DNA of 64,000 nucleotides from an uncultured Actinomycetota bacterium. GTDB taxonomy: Bacteria; Actinomycetota; Actinomycetes; Actinomycetales; Dermatophilaceae. The position numbers were made by a program, and so were the translations under genes. The stretch spans positions 7,379 to 71,378 of the forward strand of contig CAVWRI010000020.1 in the NCBI GenBank assembly GCA_963757405.1. The letters are read 5' to 3'. Below the pieces are notes generated by a model. The model was not told the origin of the DNA, made no database searches, and saw nothing but the letters and a program-made list of their open reading frames with translations. Positions within the stretch are counted from its first letter, which is position 1; the number at the start of each line of letters is the position of its first letter. Positions 34,790 through 45,916 of the stretch are shown here, piece by piece.

Positions 34790-35376
34790 TCATCCCCGCT
34801 GGAGGTCCTCTGCCGTGTCGACATCGAGGCCCGTGGCGAGGTCGCCGCACTCGACGAGGAGGTGGGGCGTCACCCGCAGGTGGTCGCGCGCACCCCGGTC
34901 GCCGCGGGCGGCGACGGCGACTGCGGCCCAGTGGTCGCGGCCGATGGCCACCGGGTGGCCGGGCACGCCGTCGTAGGAGGCGCGGGCGAGTGCGGCCGGG
35001 CCGTCGCCCTCGGCGGCGGCGAGGACCCGGGCCATGACCTCGGCCGTGACGTCGGGCAGGTCGACGAGGGTGACGAGCGCGACGTCGTGGGCCGCCGGGT
35101 CGAGGTGCCTCAGGCCGGCTCGCAGCGAGGCGCCCATGCCCTCCTCCCAGTCGGATGCCGTGACGACCTCCGCCCCCGTGCCGCCGACGGCATCCGCCAC
35201 CGCCTCCGCGGCGGCTCCCACGACGACGACCACGTGGTCGCAGCCGGCGCCGAGCACCCGCGTCGACGGCGGTCTCGACGAGGGTCGGGCCCTCCTGCGG
35301 CGAGGCGCAGGAGGGCCTTCGGGCCGCCCATCCGGCGGCCGGCCCCGGCCGCCAGCACGAGCCCCACGGTGGTCAC
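34790..35376 (-). CDS. MocA-like molybdenum cofactor nucleotidyltransferase (frameshifted)
   Basis: VLAAGAGRRMGGPKALL, WEEGMGASL, LVDLP, GHPV, GDRGAR, DVDT. Confidence 0.87.
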
Positions 35377-35483
35377 GCGCGCCAGCCTGCCACGACCGCA
35401 GCGGAACCCGCATCGGCAGTCCGGTGGCGCGACCGTCGGGTCGCGGTTGGGTGGAGCGGGTGGCTGCGGCGGAGGTGGAGCAC

Positions 35484-36006
35484 GTGGAGTCGGCACTGCT
35501 GCTGCGCTGCCCGGCGGCCGAGACCGCGGTCGGCGTCCGCGCCGGGCGCGAGCTCGACCGTCGGCCCGCGGTCGGCGTCCCGGCCCACGTGACGGTGACC
35601 TACCCCTTCCGGCCGCCCGCACGGTTCACCGAGGACGACCACCGACGGCTCGAGCGGACGCTGGGCGCGCGGTGCGTCGTTCACGTTGACCGGGACGGCC
35701 ACGGCGTGGTTCGGGGAGACGGTCGTCTTCGTCGGGCTGGCCGGTGGCGCAGCGGTCGTCGACCTCATCGAGGCGGTCGCGGCGGCGTTCCCCGAGTATC
35801 CGCCGTACGCGGGGGCGTTCACCGACGTCGTGCCCCACCTCACGGTCGGCCACGACCACGACGTCGAGACCCTGCGGGCCGCCGAGGACACCGTGCGCGC
35901 CCGGCTGCCGTTCACCCAGGTCGTCACCGAGGTGGAGCTGTGGTCCGGGCCATCCCTGTCATCGGGCCGGGGCCCCTGGCGCCTCCGGCCCTACCCGCTG
36001 GGGTGA
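35484..36006 (+). CDS. 2H phosphoesterase / 2'-5' RNA ligase family (frameshifted)
   Basis: PAHVTVTYPF and VPHLTVG (two HxT motifs). Confidence 0.8.
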
Positions 36007-36568
36007 CGCCGAGCGCTGCGTCGACGAGGACGCGTGCGGAGCCGGCCGCCCGGGTGGCGGCCTCGGGGTCGGCGTCGAGCGCACCACTGGCGAGCCCGCC
36101 GTCGAGGAGGAGCGTGAGCGACCTGGCCAGGCCGCGCGGGTCCGGCGCTCCGGCATCCGCGGCGAGACCGGTGACCCACTCGAGGACCGCCGCCTTGTGC
36201 GCGACGGTGCGCTGGTGCACGGGGGTGCCGGGCACCGACTCGGCCGCGGCGTTGATGAACGCGCAGCCGCGGTAACCGTCGCGGCGGCAGGCCGTGCCGA
36301 GGGCGTCGAACAGGCCGACGAGCTGCTCTGCCGGCAGCGGCCCGGCGGCCTCGGCCGCGGCGTGCAGCTGGCCGCTCCAGACCACGTCGACCCGCTCGAG
36401 GTACGCCAGTACCAGGTCGTCCTTTGCCGGGAAGTGCTTGTAGAAGGTCGCCTTGGCCACGCCGGACTCGGCGATGATCAGGTCGACGCCCACGGCCCGG
36501 ACACCTCGCGCGTAGAAGAGCCGGAACGCCGTGTCGAGGATGCGGTCGCGGGCACCGGGCGGGGTCAT
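35924..36568 (-). CDS. TetR-family regulator (true stop may be near 35991)
   Basis: RDRILDTAFRLFY..GVDLIIAESGVAKATFYKHF, GCAFIN. Confidence 0.93.
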   Translation of the reverse strand: MTPPGARDRILDTAFRLFYARGVRAVGVDLIIAESGVAKATFYKHFPAKDDLVLAYLERVDVVWSGQLHAAAEAAGPLPAEQLVGLFDALGTACRRDGYRGCAFINAAAESVPGTPVHQRTVAHKAAVLEWVTGLAADAGAPDPRGLARSLTLLLDGGLASGALDADPEAATRAAGSARVLVDAALGVTPAGRAGGARGPGPMTGMARTTAPPR

Positions 36569-36578
36569 GGGGTTGATG

Positions 36579-36632
36579 GTAGACAGATCGGTCTGCTAGC
36601 GTCCACCTGTGAAGCAGACAGACCTGTCTGCT
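36579..36632. promoter_or_regulatory. Two palindromic TetR-type operators
   Basis: gtagac-agatcg-gtctgc (36579-36596); agcagacag-ac-ctgtctgct (36613-36632). Confidence 0.75.
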
Positions 36633-36660
36633 CCCTGTCGCCCCACCCGAAGGACCCCCC

Positions 36661-37337
36661 ATGACCATTGCCGTCCTCGGCACCGCGTCGGTCGGCCGCG
36701 CGATCGCCGCCCGGCTCCACGAGCTGGGCCACACGTCGTCGTCGGCACCCGGGACCCGGCCGCCACCCTGGCCCGCACCGATCCGGACGCCATGGGCAGG
36801 GCGCCGTTCGCCAGCTGGCACGCCGAGCACGGGGACGTCGCCCTCGCGACCTACGCGGACGCGGCCGCGGCGGCCGACGTCGTCGTCAACGCGACCTCGG
36901 GCAGCGTGACGCTCGAGGTGCTCGCCCTCGCCGGCGCCGAGAACCTCGCCGGCACCGTGCTCGTCGACGTCTCGAACCCGCTCGACCCCTCGTCCGGCTT
37001 CCCGCCGACGCTCCTCGTCAAGGACACCGACTCGCTGGGCGAGCAGGTGCAGCGGGCCTACCCCGACGCGCGGGTCGTCAAGACCCTCAACACGATGAAC
37101 GCCGACCTCATGGTGCACCCCGAGACGCTCGGTGCGAGCAGCACCGTCTTCGTCAGCGGTGACGACGCCGACGCCAAGGCCACGGTCACCGCGCTGCTGC
37201 GCTCGTTCGGCCACGACGACGTCGTCGACCTCGGCGGGATCGAGACCGCGCGCGGCGCCGAGATGTGGCTGCCTCTGTGGCTGCGGCTCTGGGGCGCCCT
37301 CGGCACGGCGAACTTCAACCTGAGGATCGTGCGCTGA
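36661..37337 (+). CDS. NADPH-dependent F420 reductase family protein (frameshift near 36735)
   Basis: MTIAVLGT..VGRAIA, VDVSNP, SLGEQVQ, VVKTLNT, GDDADAK, DLGGI. Confidence 0.87.
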
Positions 37338-37339
37338 CG

Positions 37340-40300
37340 TCAGCCGGAGGTCGACTCGATCGAGGCGATGATCCGCGGCCGGATCTCCTCGGCGGCGATG
37401 ACCGCGTCGACCGACCCGACCTCGACCGCCCGGTGGATGTTGTGCACCGCGTCGAACTCCGACGCCACCCGGCCCAGCATCTCGGCCCGCACCGCGGTGC
37501 GCACCGACGCGAGCTCGGTGGCGACCGCGGCGCGCTCGGCGCCCTCGGTCTCGGCGAGCCGGGCCTGGAGCGACGGCGACCCGGGGGTCGGCGGCGGTGC
37601 GGCCGTCGACGTCACGAGCGAAGACCACGGCCGCTGCTGGTGCGCCACCGATCACCGAGGCGAAGGACCCCTCGACGGCGAGCACCGTCATCCGCGGGTT
37701 GAGCACCTTCGAGAACACGACGAACGCGCCACCGTGGTAGCGGGAGACGACGACGAAGACGATCGGGCCGTCGAAGTTGACGACCGCCCGGCCGATCTCG
37801 GCGCCGTACTCGAGCTGGAGGGCGCGCATCGAGTCAGGCGAACCGTCGAAGCCGGAGAGGTTGGCGAGGACGACGAGGGGACGGTTGCCGCTCGCGGCGT
37901 TGATCGCGCGAGCCGTCTTCTTCGACGATCGCGGGAACAGCGTGCCGGACGTGTAGACGTCGGGGCCGTCGGTCGGGGGCACGCCCCGGCGCGGCACCGA
38001 CTTCGACTCGATCCCCAACAGGCACACCGGGATCCCGCCGATGCGGGCTTCGAGGACGACCGAGGTCTCGGCATCCGCCATGCCGGCCCAGCGCTCGAGC
38101 GTCGCGTGGTCCTGGTCGGCCACCGCCCGCATCAGGGTGCGGATGTCGAACGGCTTCTTGCGATCGGGGTTCGTCGCCGACGAGAAGATGTCGCCCACGG
38201 TCGTGAAGTCGCTGCCCGCGAGCGAGTGGGGGTAGGTGGTGACGTCGCGGTCGTGCGGGTCGCTCGTCGGGGCTCGACGTGGGCCGGGCTCGCCCGGCGC
38301 CACCCAGGTGTTCTCGTAGTGCGCGAGGAGGATGCCGTAGGCGTCGACGAGGTCCTTGGCCCAGTACTGCGCCTGGCCGTTGGGCCCCATGACCCGGTCG
38401 TAGCCGCCGATGCCGAAGTTGTCCTCGGCCGAGACGCCGCCGGAGAAGTCGAGGGACTGCTTGCCGGTGAGCACCATCGCCGAGTCGGGCGTCATGACGA
38501 GGATGCCCTTGGTGTGCATGAGCATCGTCGCCTCGGCGTTCCAGTAGGGCTGGGCGCCGACGTTGATGCCGGCGACGACGACGTTGATCTCGCCGCCCCG
38601 CTGGGTGAACTCGATGATCCGCTTGAGGGCCTTGGCGACCCAGTCCATGTTCTCGGTGCCGGAGTCCATCGAGATGCGGGCACCCGCGGACAGGGCGAAC
38701 CACTCGACAGGGAGCCCCCGCTCCTCGGCGAGGTCGAGCGCGGCGATCACGCGGGCGCACTCGGGCTCCGCGACCGCGCCGAGCGAGCGCAGCGGGTCAC
38801 CGCAGAGCAGGACGCGCGTCACGCCCTGGGGGTGCAGCGGTGTGGGGGTCGTGACGACACCGCAGATGAGGCCCGCGGAGTTCTGGCCGTAGGGGCGGTC
38901 GACCGGCACGAGCCGGCCCGACTCGTCGAGGTCGTGCTCGACGGCCGAGCCACCCGACCCGGCGACCATCGACACGAGCTCGTAGGGGTAGACCAGGCCG
39001 CGCCGGCGGGCCCGGACGACCTTCTCGGCGTACTCGTCGAGCGGCGCGACCCGGGTCGTCGGGGGCGTCTCGACGGTGAAGGTGACCCCGGACCCCGGCT
39101 GGTACGAGAACCGCGCGCAGATCGGCACGGTGTGGCCGTTGTCCCCGGCGATCGCCCCCTCGACGCGGACCTCCTCGACGCCGGCGCCGGCCGTCATCGG
39201 CGCGACCTTGCCCTGGAGGGCGGTCAGCTGGTCGAGGTCGGCCTCCACCGGCGGCCAGATGTGCAGCCACACGTGGTTGGTGTCCAGTCGGGCACCCGAG
39301 CCGATCGTCGTGCGCGCCCGGCGGACCGCCTCGAGGCAGTTGGCGAGGGCGCGCTCGACGTGCGGCAGCGCGGTGACCTTCCCCGTCTCGTCGCGGACGA
39401 CGACGAGCTGGCGCACCTGGGCGAGGGCCACGAGCCGCTGGTCCTGGGGGTTGCCCCGGGCGACGGCGTGCAGGAGCAGCACGTCCTCGGGGGCCTCGAG
39501 GCGGGTGAGGTCGAAGTCGCGCAGCCGCCACAGGTTGAGTCGGCGCCCCACCATCGGGTGGATGCCGCGGACGGGCTCGTCCTCGGCCATGACGCCGTCG
39601 GCATCGGGGCGGTACGTGAAGTAGCCGACCTCGCGCTCGTCGTCGGGGACGACTCCGACGGCGACCCGGCGCACCGTGGCCGCGAACGGCATCCGGGCCA
39701 GCCGGGCGCCGAGCTCGAGGCTCGCCGCGTCGGGGTCGGTCGGGAGGTCGGGCCAGTGGAGGTAGAGGTCGACGACCGGCTGGTGACCGGCCGGGCCGTC
39801 GCTGACGCGCGCGGCCAGCAGCTGCGCCAGGCCGCTGTCGGGCGTCAGCTCGTCGATGGTGCCCACCGTGCTGACGAGGTGCGAGTCGCGCTCGTCGAGG
39901 CGGTACTCGGCGCTCGCCACGGCCCGGCCGTCGGCGGTCTCCTCGCGCAGGTCGCTCAGGGAGTGCTCGCGGTAGTGACGCTTGACGAGCACGGCGAGCA
40001 TCGGCTCGCGGGCGGGCACGCCGAGCCGCAGCCGCTCGCCGAGGAAGCGCACGATCCGCTCGGGGATCGCGGCGAGGGCGTCGATGCGCGCGGTGCGCTC
40101 GTCGCCGTCGGGCAGGGCGTCGATCTCGTCGAGCTCGTCGCCCACGGAGCCGAGCACCGACGCCCGGTCGGCGTCGACGAGCGGCTGGTCGAACCACCGG
40201 AACCGCACGCTGCGCGCGAGGTCGCCGATGATCGGGAAGCGCAGCTGGGTGACCGCGACGAGCCGGTCGAGCAGCTCGCGGGCCGCGGTGTGGGCGGGCG

Positions 40301-42851
40301 CATCCGGGGCCGGCTCGCCGAGCCAGCGCTGGAGGATCGCGGTCGCCATCGCCACCTCGGGGGCCGAGCGCTGCTGCGCGAGGAAGACCCGGAAGACCGC
40401 CCCCTCGAGCTCGGGCGTGCGCTCGACGCCGGTGACGCCGTAGTGGTGGACGACCCGCTCGAGCCGGCCCACGAAGTCGGCGGGCAGCGCGCCGCGCTCC
40501 GGGTCGAGGGTCTGCAGGTACGTGTGGAAGTGCTCGCGCGGGCTGTGCACGCGGTTCTCGACGTGCGTCTCCTCGCCCACCGGCCGGTTCCGGTTGAGCT
40601 CGGCGACGTCGGCGAAGACACCGAGCAGCTCCATCTCGTCGCCGACCGGCGAGCGCCCCGACGACGCGAGCTCGTCGCGGGCGTCGAGGTAGGCGGCCAG
40701 GATGCGGCTCTCGTGACCGGGGTCGAGGTCGTAGCCGAGCAGCATCGCGGACAGCGCCGCCCGCCCCCGGCCGGCGCGCTCGTCGGCATCGCCGGCGGCG
40801 ACGTCCTCGGGGAGGTCGAGGTCGGGGGCGTCGGCGGCGGCCTCGACGGCGTCGGCCACGTCGCCGGTCGGCTCGAGCCGCACGAGCGCGGCCCCGGTCT
40901 CGACCTGGCTGCCCGCGGAGACGAGCAGCTCCTTGACGCGGCCGGCGAACGGCGCCGGCAGCACCGTCTCCATCTTCATGCTCTCGAGCACGAGGACCGG
41001 GGCGCCGGACGCGACCTCGTCACCCACGCCGACGGGAGTCGCGACGACGAGTGCCGGTGCAGGAGAACGCAGCACACCACCCTCGTCCCGGCTGACGCGG
41101 TGGGTCACCCCGTCGACCTCGACGAGCTGCACCGGCCCGTGGGCTGCCGTGACGAGCCGGTGGGTGCGGCCGCCGATCCGCACGCGGCTCGCGTACGGAC
41201 CGCCGATCCGCTCGATGTCGGCGTCGACGGTCTCGGTGTGCCCGGTCGGGTCGGCCACGGTCACGTGGAAGCGCGACGGGCCCGTGCGGAACACCGTCAC
41301 CTTGTAGGCCGTACCCCGGAGCTTGAGGTCGACCGCGCGGCCCACGTCGTGCTGCACCTGCGGCCGGCCGCCCCGCGCCGTCTCCAGCAGGCGGGTGCGC
41401 TCGATCTGCTCGGCCTCGCCGTAGGCCTCGATGCCGGCGACGACGAGGGCGACGCCCGAGTGCTCCCTGGCCACGAGGCGGCCCTCGGCGCGGACCCGGT
41501 CGATCCACCCCGTGTCGGCCGACCCGTCGACGACCTCGGGCTGGTCGAGCAGGTCGAGGATGAAGGACTTGTTCGTCGCGCCCCCCTCGATGACGACGGA
41601 CGTCTCGCGCATGGCGCGGCGCAGCCGGGCGAGCGCCTCGTCGCGGTCACGCCCGTGGGCGATGATCTTGGCGATCATGGAGTCGAAGTCGGCGGGGATC
41701 GAGTCACCCTCTGCCACACCGGTGTCCACGCGGATGCCGGGACCGGCCGGAAGCTCGAGGTGGGCGATGCGCCCTGGGGCCGGGGCGAAGTCCCGGTCGG
41801 GGTCCTCGGCGTTGAGCCGGGCCTCGACGGCGTGCCCGACCTCGTCGGGGCGCTGCCCCTCGAGCCGCCCCCCGCCGGCGACGTGGATCTGCAGACGGAC
41901 GAGGTCGGTGCCGGTGACGACCTCGGTGATCGGGTGCTCGACCTGGAGGCGGGTGTTGACCTCGAGGAACGCGAAGAAGCGGTCGCCGGGGTGGTAGAGG
42001 AACTCGACGGTGCCCGCACCGGCATACCCGACCGCGATCGCGAGCCGCTCGGCCGACGCCTTGAGCTCGAGCGCCTGGGACTCGTCGAGCACCGGGGACG
42101 CCGACTCCTCGATGACCTTCTGGTTGCGCCGCTGCACCGAGCAGTCGCGCACCCCGATGGCCCACGCGGAGCCCTGGCCGTCGGCGATGACCTGCACCTC
42201 GACGTGACGGGCCCCGGTCACGAGCTTCTCGAGGAAGACCACGCCCGAGCCGAAGGCCCGCTGGGCCTCGTCGCGGGTGCGCTCGTAGGCGTCGGCGAGC
42301 TCGGCGTCGGAGGTGACCTTGCGGATGCCGCGGCCGCCGCCCCCCGCGGTCGCCTTGAGCATGAGCGGGTAGCCGATCTCGGAGGCCGAGCGGATCGCGT
42401 CCTCGAGGGTGTCGACGCCGCCCCTGCTCCACGGAGCCACCGGGACGCCGACCTCCTCGGCGATGAGCTTGGACCCGATCTTGTCGCCGAGACGCCGCAT
42501 CGCCTCCGGGCTCGGGCCGATGAACGTCACGCCGATCCGCTCGCAGACCTCGGCGAAGGCGGGGTCCTCGGCGACGAAGCCCCAGCCGACCCACGCGGCA
42601 TCCGCGCCCGTCTCGCGCAGCGCCCGCTCGAGCACCGCGTGGTCGAGGTAGGGCCGCAGCGAGGCGGGGCCGAGGTCGTAGGCCGCGTCGGCCTCCCGGA
42701 CGAACATCGCCGCCCGCTCCGCCTCGGTGTGGAGAGCCACGGTCTCGATGCGGTGACCTCCGGGCCCGGCCTGGGCGTTGAGGTCGCGCACGGCGTGGAT
42801 GAGCCGCATGGCGGCCTCCCCACGGTTGACGATGGCGATCCGCTGCAGCAT
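37340..42851 (-). CDS. Single-chain multidomain acyl-CoA carboxylase, BC-BCCP-central-CT (frameshift near 37575)
   Basis: NRGEAA, KATAGGGGRGI, RDCSVQRRNQK, EVNTRLQVEH; biotin site ESMKME; CT motifs SAGARI, NLSGFDGS, YHGGAFVV. Confidence 0.93.
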
Positions 42852-42922
42852 CGGTGGTCCTCCCGGGGTTCCGGTGTTCGGCGTCGGCTCGGTCGGCGGT
42901 GACCCGCCGCCTCCCGAGCCTG

Positions 42923-42939
42923 TCACCATCTCGCGGTGA
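42923..42939. promoter_or_regulatory. Degenerate TCACCC-N5-GGGTGA-type palindrome, copy 4
   Basis: TCACCA-TCTCG-CGGTGA between divergent genes. Confidence 0.45.
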
Positions 42940-43053
42940 CGCGCGAGTAATGAGCCCTCCCGCGACGCCCCGATCAGCCGTGTCGGCCGGTGACCCGCCG
43001 CTATCGTGACGAGCACCGAGCACCCGAGCACGCCCCGTCGAGGAGGCCACGTC

Positions 43054-44988
43054 GTGCGCACCTCCCGCCTGGCTGCCGTCGTGAGCGCCCTCGCCACGAC
43101 CGCTCTCGCGGCGACCACCCTCGTCGTGTCGGCCTCGTCGGCGACGGCCGCGCCCGCCGACGAGCGGGTCCTCGCCGACCGCTATGCACCGGTCGTGCGG
43201 CTCGTCGCGCAGCCGGACGCGTGCGGGCCGGGGGAGCCCTTCGTCCCGACCGACGTCGCAGCCGTCCTCGACGACGAGGGGGTGGCCCTGCGCGGGCCGT
43301 GGACCACCGACGACCTGGTGAAGATCGGCCCGGGCGCCGAGGACCTGGGTCGTGGGCTCGCGGGCCACCACCTGGACTTCCCGGGCGACCCGCTCGACCC
43401 CGGGTGCACGTACGAGCAGTGGTCCGACGCGATCACGCAGGGGACCCGGCCGACCACGTACGCCCGGGTGGTCACCGAGGAGGGTCGCGAGGGACTGGCC
43501 CTGCAGTACTGGCTCTACTACCCCTTCAACGACTTCAACAACAAGCACGAGAGCGACTGGGAGATGGTCCAGCTCGAGTTCGCCGCGTCCGACGCGGCGG
43601 CGGCGCTCGGGCAGGAACCGACGCGGGTCGGCTACAGCCAGCACGAGGGCGTCGAGGTCGCCGACTGGGGCGACGTCAAGCTCGAGGTCGTCGACGGGAC
43701 CCACCCCGTCGTCCACCCGGCCGCGGGGTCGCACGCGAACTACTACGACGCCGCGCTCTTCCTCGGGCGGTCGGGCCAGCAGGGCTTCGGCTGCGACGAC
43801 ACCCGCGGGGAGCCCGTCGACCTCCGGCCCGACGTCGTCCTCGTCCCGTCCGACCCCGCCGCCGTGGGCGGCGAGTTCCCCTGGCTCGGCTTCACGGGCC
43901 GGTGGGGGCAGCGGGAGGCCAGCTTCTACAACGGGCCGACCGGGCCGAACACCAAGGACCAGTGGACGGCTCCGCTGTCGTGGACCGACGCCGAGGGAGC
44001 ACCCTTCAGCTACGCCGTCCCCGCCAGCGGGCTCTACGGCACGCAGGCGACGAGCGCCTTCTGCGGGGTCGTCGCGAGCGGTTCCGACGCCCTGCGGCGG
44101 GCCATGTCGAACCCCGCCCGGGCCGTGCTGCTCCTCATCGGCGCCGTCGCGGTCGTCGCCTGGCTGGTCCGCCGCACGACGTGGCGACCGTCCGCGCCCC
44201 TGCGCCTGGCCCGGCGGCGCTCGACCGGTCAGGTGCTGTCGTCGGTGTGGCGGATGTACCTGCGACGGTTGCCCCTCTTCATCGGGATCGGTGCCCCCAT
44301 CGCCGTGACGACGATCCTCCCGGGCGTGGCGCACACGTGGCTCACGTCGTGGTCGGAGTCCGTCGGCGGCGTCAGCACGGCCTACGGCGTGCTCGTCGTC
44401 GGCGGCAGCCTGGTCCTCGCCGCCCTCGCTCCCGTCACGTTCGTCCTCGGCCAGGCCGCGGTGGTGGTCGCGGTCCGGGAGATCGACGCGGAGCGTCCGG
44501 TCGGCGTCGTCGGCGCTTATGCCGGGGCGCTGCGCCGCGGGTGGCAGGTGCTGCTGACCGAGCTGCTGCTCGCGGCCGTCGTGGTCGCGTGCCTCTTCAC
44601 GGTCGTGCTCGCCCCGGTCGGGCTCGTCGTCCTCGTCGCGGGTCTGCTGCTCCTGCCCGTCGTCGTCCTCGAGGGGGTCTGGGGCTGGCCGGCGTACCGC
44701 CGCAGCGCCCACCTCGTGCGCCCGCGGTGGGTCAAGGTCGTCGTGCTCGTGGCCCTCACGACAGGTGCCGCCCTCGCCATCGGGCCTCTGCTCGGCACCA
44801 CCCTCATCCTCGCGACCTCCCTGCCCTTCGCCGTGAGCAACGCGGTCTCGGGCATCGTCTACGCCCTGCTCGTGCCCCTCGTTGCCCTCGCCTACGCCTA
44901 CGTGTACGCCGACGCCGTCGTCAGCGACGCGATCGAGCCCCGGCCCGAGCGGTACGTCGAGCTGCCGGCGGAGGCCACCCTGCCGTGA
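43054..44988 (+). CDS. Exported Vps62-like domain fused to multi-TM C-terminal domain
   Basis: Signal peptide; RYAPVV, LQYWLYYPFND..HESDWE, YSQH, AAGSHANY, GRWG, GPTGP; several C-terminal hydrophobic helices; SD AGGAGG. Confidence 0.7.
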   Translation: MRTSRLAAVVSALATTALAATTLVVSASSATAAPADERVLADRYAPVVRLVAQPDACGPGEPFVPTDVAAVLDDEGVALRGPWTTDDLVKIGPGAEDLGRGLAGHHLDFPGDPLDPGCTYEQWSDAITQGTRPTTYARVVTEEGREGLALQYWLYYPFNDFNNKHESDWEMVQLEFAASDAAAALGQEPTRVGYSQHEGVEVADWGDVKLEVVDGTHPVVHPAAGSHANYYDAALFLGRSGQQGFGCDDTRGEPVDLRPDVVLVPSDPAAVGGEFPWLGFTGRWGQREASFYNGPTGPNTKDQWTAPLSWTDAEGAPFSYAVPASGLYGTQATSAFCGVVASGSDALRRAMSNPARAVLLLIGAVAVVAWLVRRTTWRPSAPLRLARRRSTGQVLSSVWRMYLRRLPLFIGIGAPIAVTTILPGVAHTWLTSWSESVGGVSTAYGVLVVGGSLVLAALAPVTFVLGQAAVVVAVREIDAERPVGVVGAYAGALRRGWQVLLTELLLAAVVVACLFTVVLAPVGLVVLVAGLLLLPVVVLEGVWGWPAYRRSAHLVRPRWVKVVVLVALTTGAALAIGPLLGTTLILATSLPFAVSNAVSGIVYALLVPLVALAYAYVYADAVVSDAIEPRPERYVELPAEATLP

Positions 44989-45004
44989 GCGGACCGGACA
45001 CCAC

Positions 45005-45916
45005 ATGAGGAGCGAGCGCAACCAGGAGCGCCTCGCTCGGCTCGTCGCGTGGGCGGACCGCCACCCCGTCGCCGGGACGGCCCTGCGCATCGCCCGCGAG
45101 CTGCTCGCCGTCGACGTCCGCGACCGGATCTTCGGGATGACCGGTCAGGCGTTCCTGTCGCTCATCCCCCTGACGATCATCGTGTCGACCTTCCTGTCGG
45201 AGTCGGATGGTGAGTCGCTCGCCAACGTCGTCAACGCACGGCTGGGCCTCACGGGCTCGACGGCCGAGACCGTGGTGCTGCTGTTCAGCAAGCCCGAGCC
45301 CACCGCCGAGACCGCGACCGCGTCGGCGCTGAGCCTCGTGCTTCTCTTCTTCTCCTTCAACAGCTACACGCGAACGATCCGGCGCAGCATGGAGCGGCCC
45401 TGGGGTCTGCCGCTCGTCGGGTGGCGCGGACAGGTCACCGGCATCCTCGGCGTCTTCCTGCTCATGCTCATGGTCACGACCCTGTCCGTCGTCGCCACGG
45501 TGTGGCACACCGACACCCGTCAGGCCATCGCCCTCGAGGCCACGGTCCGCACGGTGGTCGCCGGCGTGTTCTGGCTCGGGATCGGACGTCTGCTGACCCA
45601 CCGCCGTGTACCCAGCCGGCACCTGTGGCCGGGGGCGGTGGTCGGCGGGATCGGGACCTCGGCGATCGCCCTGTGGACCGTCACCGTGCTGCCGGGCATC
45701 TTCGAGCGGGATGCCGCGCGCTACGGCGTCATCGGCGTCGCCCTCGCGATCGTGACCTGGCTGCTCGCGATCAGCGGCCTCGCCGTGGTCGTCGGTGTCT
45801 TCGGGGGCCAGATCGCCCGGGCGGCGGGGTGGGCCGGGACGCGACCGGACCCGCTCGTCCAGCCGCTGCTCGAGCAGCCGGAGCGCCCGGGGCAGGAGCC
45901 GGATCCCGACTCCTGA
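45005..45916 (+). CDS. YihY/BrkB-family membrane protein
   Basis: AFLSLIPL, LWPGAVV, YGVIG motifs. Confidence 0.75.
   Translation: MRSERNQERLARLVAWADRHPVAGTALRIARELLAVDVRDRIFGMTGQAFLSLIPLTIIVSTFLSESDGESLANVVNARLGLTGSTAETVVLLFSKPEPTAETATASALSLVLLFFSFNSYTRTIRRSMERPWGLPLVGWRGQVTGILGVFLLMLMVTTLSVVATVWHTDTRQAIALEATVRTVVAGVFWLGIGRLLTHRRVPSRHLWPGAVVGGIGTSAIALWTVTVLPGIFERDAARYGVIGVALAIVTWLLAISGLAVVVGVFGGQIARAAGWAGTRPDPLVQPLLEQPERPGQEPDPDS

Noticed and set aside
37368-42902. 1844-aa plus-strand ORF and many other long antisense or alternate-frame ORFs
   Set aside because: Shadow ORFs of high-GC genes; no recognisable motifs, and they mirror real genes.
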